64,000 nt of DNA. Source: Hydrolagus affinis. Taxonomy: Eukaryota. Position numbers and translations under genes: made by a program. The DNA lies in contig JAAILG010000100.1 of the NCBI GenBank assembly GCA_012026655.1, positions 62,001 to 126,000 on the forward strand. The letters are read 5' to 3'. Of the stretch, positions 61,901 through 64,000 are shown piece by piece (positions within the stretch are counted from its first letter, which is position 1; each line of letters begins with the position of its first letter). The notes under the pieces are model-generated. The model did no database searches. It was not told the origin of the DNA and saw only the letters and a list, made by a program, of their open reading frames with translations.

Positions 61901-64000
61901 TAACTGTGATTTCTAAATACATTTGATGTGGAATTGGAGAAGAGAAAACAACCGAAAACAGAGGCATCACTTGACTGATAAATTATGCATTGTTCACAGG
62001 ATGTTTTCTACATAAACATTGAACATCAAACCAGTTGATTAAAGCAGTTCTGACACCGCAATTCTTGTAAAACATACATTTTAGGACTAGATTCAAAGAG
62101 GTTTTTGAGAAGGACAAACTAACTGAGACATTTCTGTTGAGAAAGAAAACAAGTGCCAATTATGATAAAACATCTGATATCTTTTCTCATTAAAATCTCT
62201 CTCATCCAACCATATCTCTTTGGATCAAAACTATTGCATATCTTATTGGAAAAGTTATCAGGTATTCAAATATTAATTGATTTTACGCATGGTTGTTATT
62301 CAGCAATAGAAAATATTCTATGATATTTGTTGGAAGTTTGTTTAGAGATATAACTAAGGGAATCAGACTTTTGCCTCTATGGATATGGAAATCTTCTGAT
62401 CTTAAGTTTATTTAAGTGTTTTTGATATCCATTTTTGTTTCCAAACCTTCAAGCAGAATTTTATGATAGTTATTGATTGCTATTGATTGCTAACAATGGT
62501 ATTCCTAATATATCAAGGAGAAAGAACCATATAACATGTAATTGCAAAGAATCTATGGAGCTGTTTAATTCTGAAACAATTGTATTCAAAGAAAATGCAA
62601 ACCATGTGGATTTTATATAAATTTTTGACATGCAATTTTACAATGCTGGCTGTATATACATTTTGGTTTAAATCATTTTATTTAAATAGAAATCAATCTC
62701 CACAATAGTTGACACTTTCACTAAATGTATTAACCAAACACATTCAATTAAACTGTTTGCTGCCAAATTATATTTAATCAATCCTGTCAGTCAACTTTCT
62801 CTTTTTTTACACACTGAAGTGCTTGACATGATCTCTAAGGTAACTTCTATCAGATGGAACAATAGATGTCAACTTTCTATTGACAACTTACAAATCTTTT
62901 TTTAACAAAAAGGGCTGTCTGTTTCTTTGAAGCCAATTTACCTCATGCTATGCATTGAAAGCCAGCTGTACTTTTTCAGTTGCTGGCAGTTATTAATTAG
63001 ATCAACAAAAGCCCCATAACAATGGATTACATGCATCAGCTTCTTTCAAATTGCATTTCCTTCCTGTTAAGATCATTAGAGTCTCAAACAAGACTGTCTT
63101 TAGAAACTGCATATTGCATCTGCCCTTCAGCACAGTTTAAGGAATAGATAAAGTTGCATGTATTATGAACAATTACACCCAAAACTCCCATCTGTCTGTT
63201 TGATCAATTTTCAGATGCCTGAAAGCTGGTGTCCTTGTTTCGTTCAGCCATTGGAGAGAGTTCTTACAATGTGTCTATGGTATTCTACACCTTAGTGCTT
63301 CAGATGGTAGTGAATAAGAAGTCGTGATCTAAGCAGTAGCACACAGCAGAAGAAAAAAAATCTTCTGCCCATAAAAATCTATATACCGTACTATACGTTA
63401 GAACCATGGAAATTTTACAGCACAAAGAAGGCCATTTGGCCATCGTGTCTGTGTTGATTCCCTCAAGGGAATACTATCAGACATTGAAAACTGGGAGGGG
63501 GAGGCCAAAGAGCCTCGATGAATAATTAGATGCTGAGCTCTAACTATTCAGCACCATTATTGGAGATATTTTTACAAGTACCCACAATTGGTGTTGCACA
63601 CAATATTAATCTTTTCTGCATGTTCCATATTTTCCGGTTGACTTTTGTACACAGACGCGACAGATCTGAAATTCCATCTGATTCCATCTGAAAAGCGACA
63701 GATTGCAAGATTGTAAAATAAACATCAGTTTAATATCCTTATATTCCGTTCCTCTTACTATTTACTATTTGTTCCCTGCACCCAATGGTATTGTGTATTA
63801 AGCACAAGCATTCCTATTACCGCAATATAGAATTTGTAATTTGCTATTAATAAAAATAGCAAACTATTCCATACCAAAAATTCAGATTATTACAAACATA
63901 GCTGTCATGTCTTTCCTACTAATTCTATTGATCTTGCATCAAATGGAAGGTTGGTTTTATTTTGTCTTTTGCAGTATTCATTTATTTTAGTACCGTTGCA

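Noticed and set aside
51000-64000. miR-137 hairpin, expected from human synteny
   Set aside because: I did not see ttattgcttaagaatacgcgtag on either strand by eye; it probably lies beyond the window.
1-64000. CRISPR array, operon or other prokaryote-type system
   Set aside because: The repeats are dispersed SINE, LINE and MITE copies with no repeat-spacer periodicity, and the genes are spliced vertebrate genes.

Overview
AT-rich vertebrate genomic DNA, not prokaryotic; almost all of the six-frame ORFs are spurious. Two spliced genes converge tail-to-tail. On the + strand are coding exons 2-6 of PLPPR5 (LPPR5/PRG5, a catalytically degenerate lipid-phosphate-phosphatase-related protein; 5825-18857, exon 1 upstream of the window). 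On the - strand is a complete 9-exon SNX7 (PX-BAR sorting nexin; 50418-37097; 1326 nt CDS, 441 aa) with a CpG-island promoter near 50.1-50.8 kb. All exons were placed by hand with GT-AG boundaries and consistent phases. The non-coding DNA holds about 20 copies or fragments of a ~310-bp tRNA-headed SINE with a Deu-like body and an L2-like tail, older SacSINE1/AmnSINE-like fragments, many L2 3' ends, CR1-like relics, three TA-flanked Tigger/pogo-like MITEs and a 100-N gap. The repeats point to a cartilaginous fish, probably a chimaera such as Callorhinchus (inference). I found no convincing new biological system. The best second-look items are a SINE with a precisely inverted 5' head, a SINE variant with an extra CORE-like block in the PLPPR5 3' region, the SINE/L2 shared tail, inverted L2 tails flanking PLPPR5 exon 3, and several candidate conserved enhancers. 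Repeat boundaries are approximate, and family names come from recalled consensus sequences rather than a database search.
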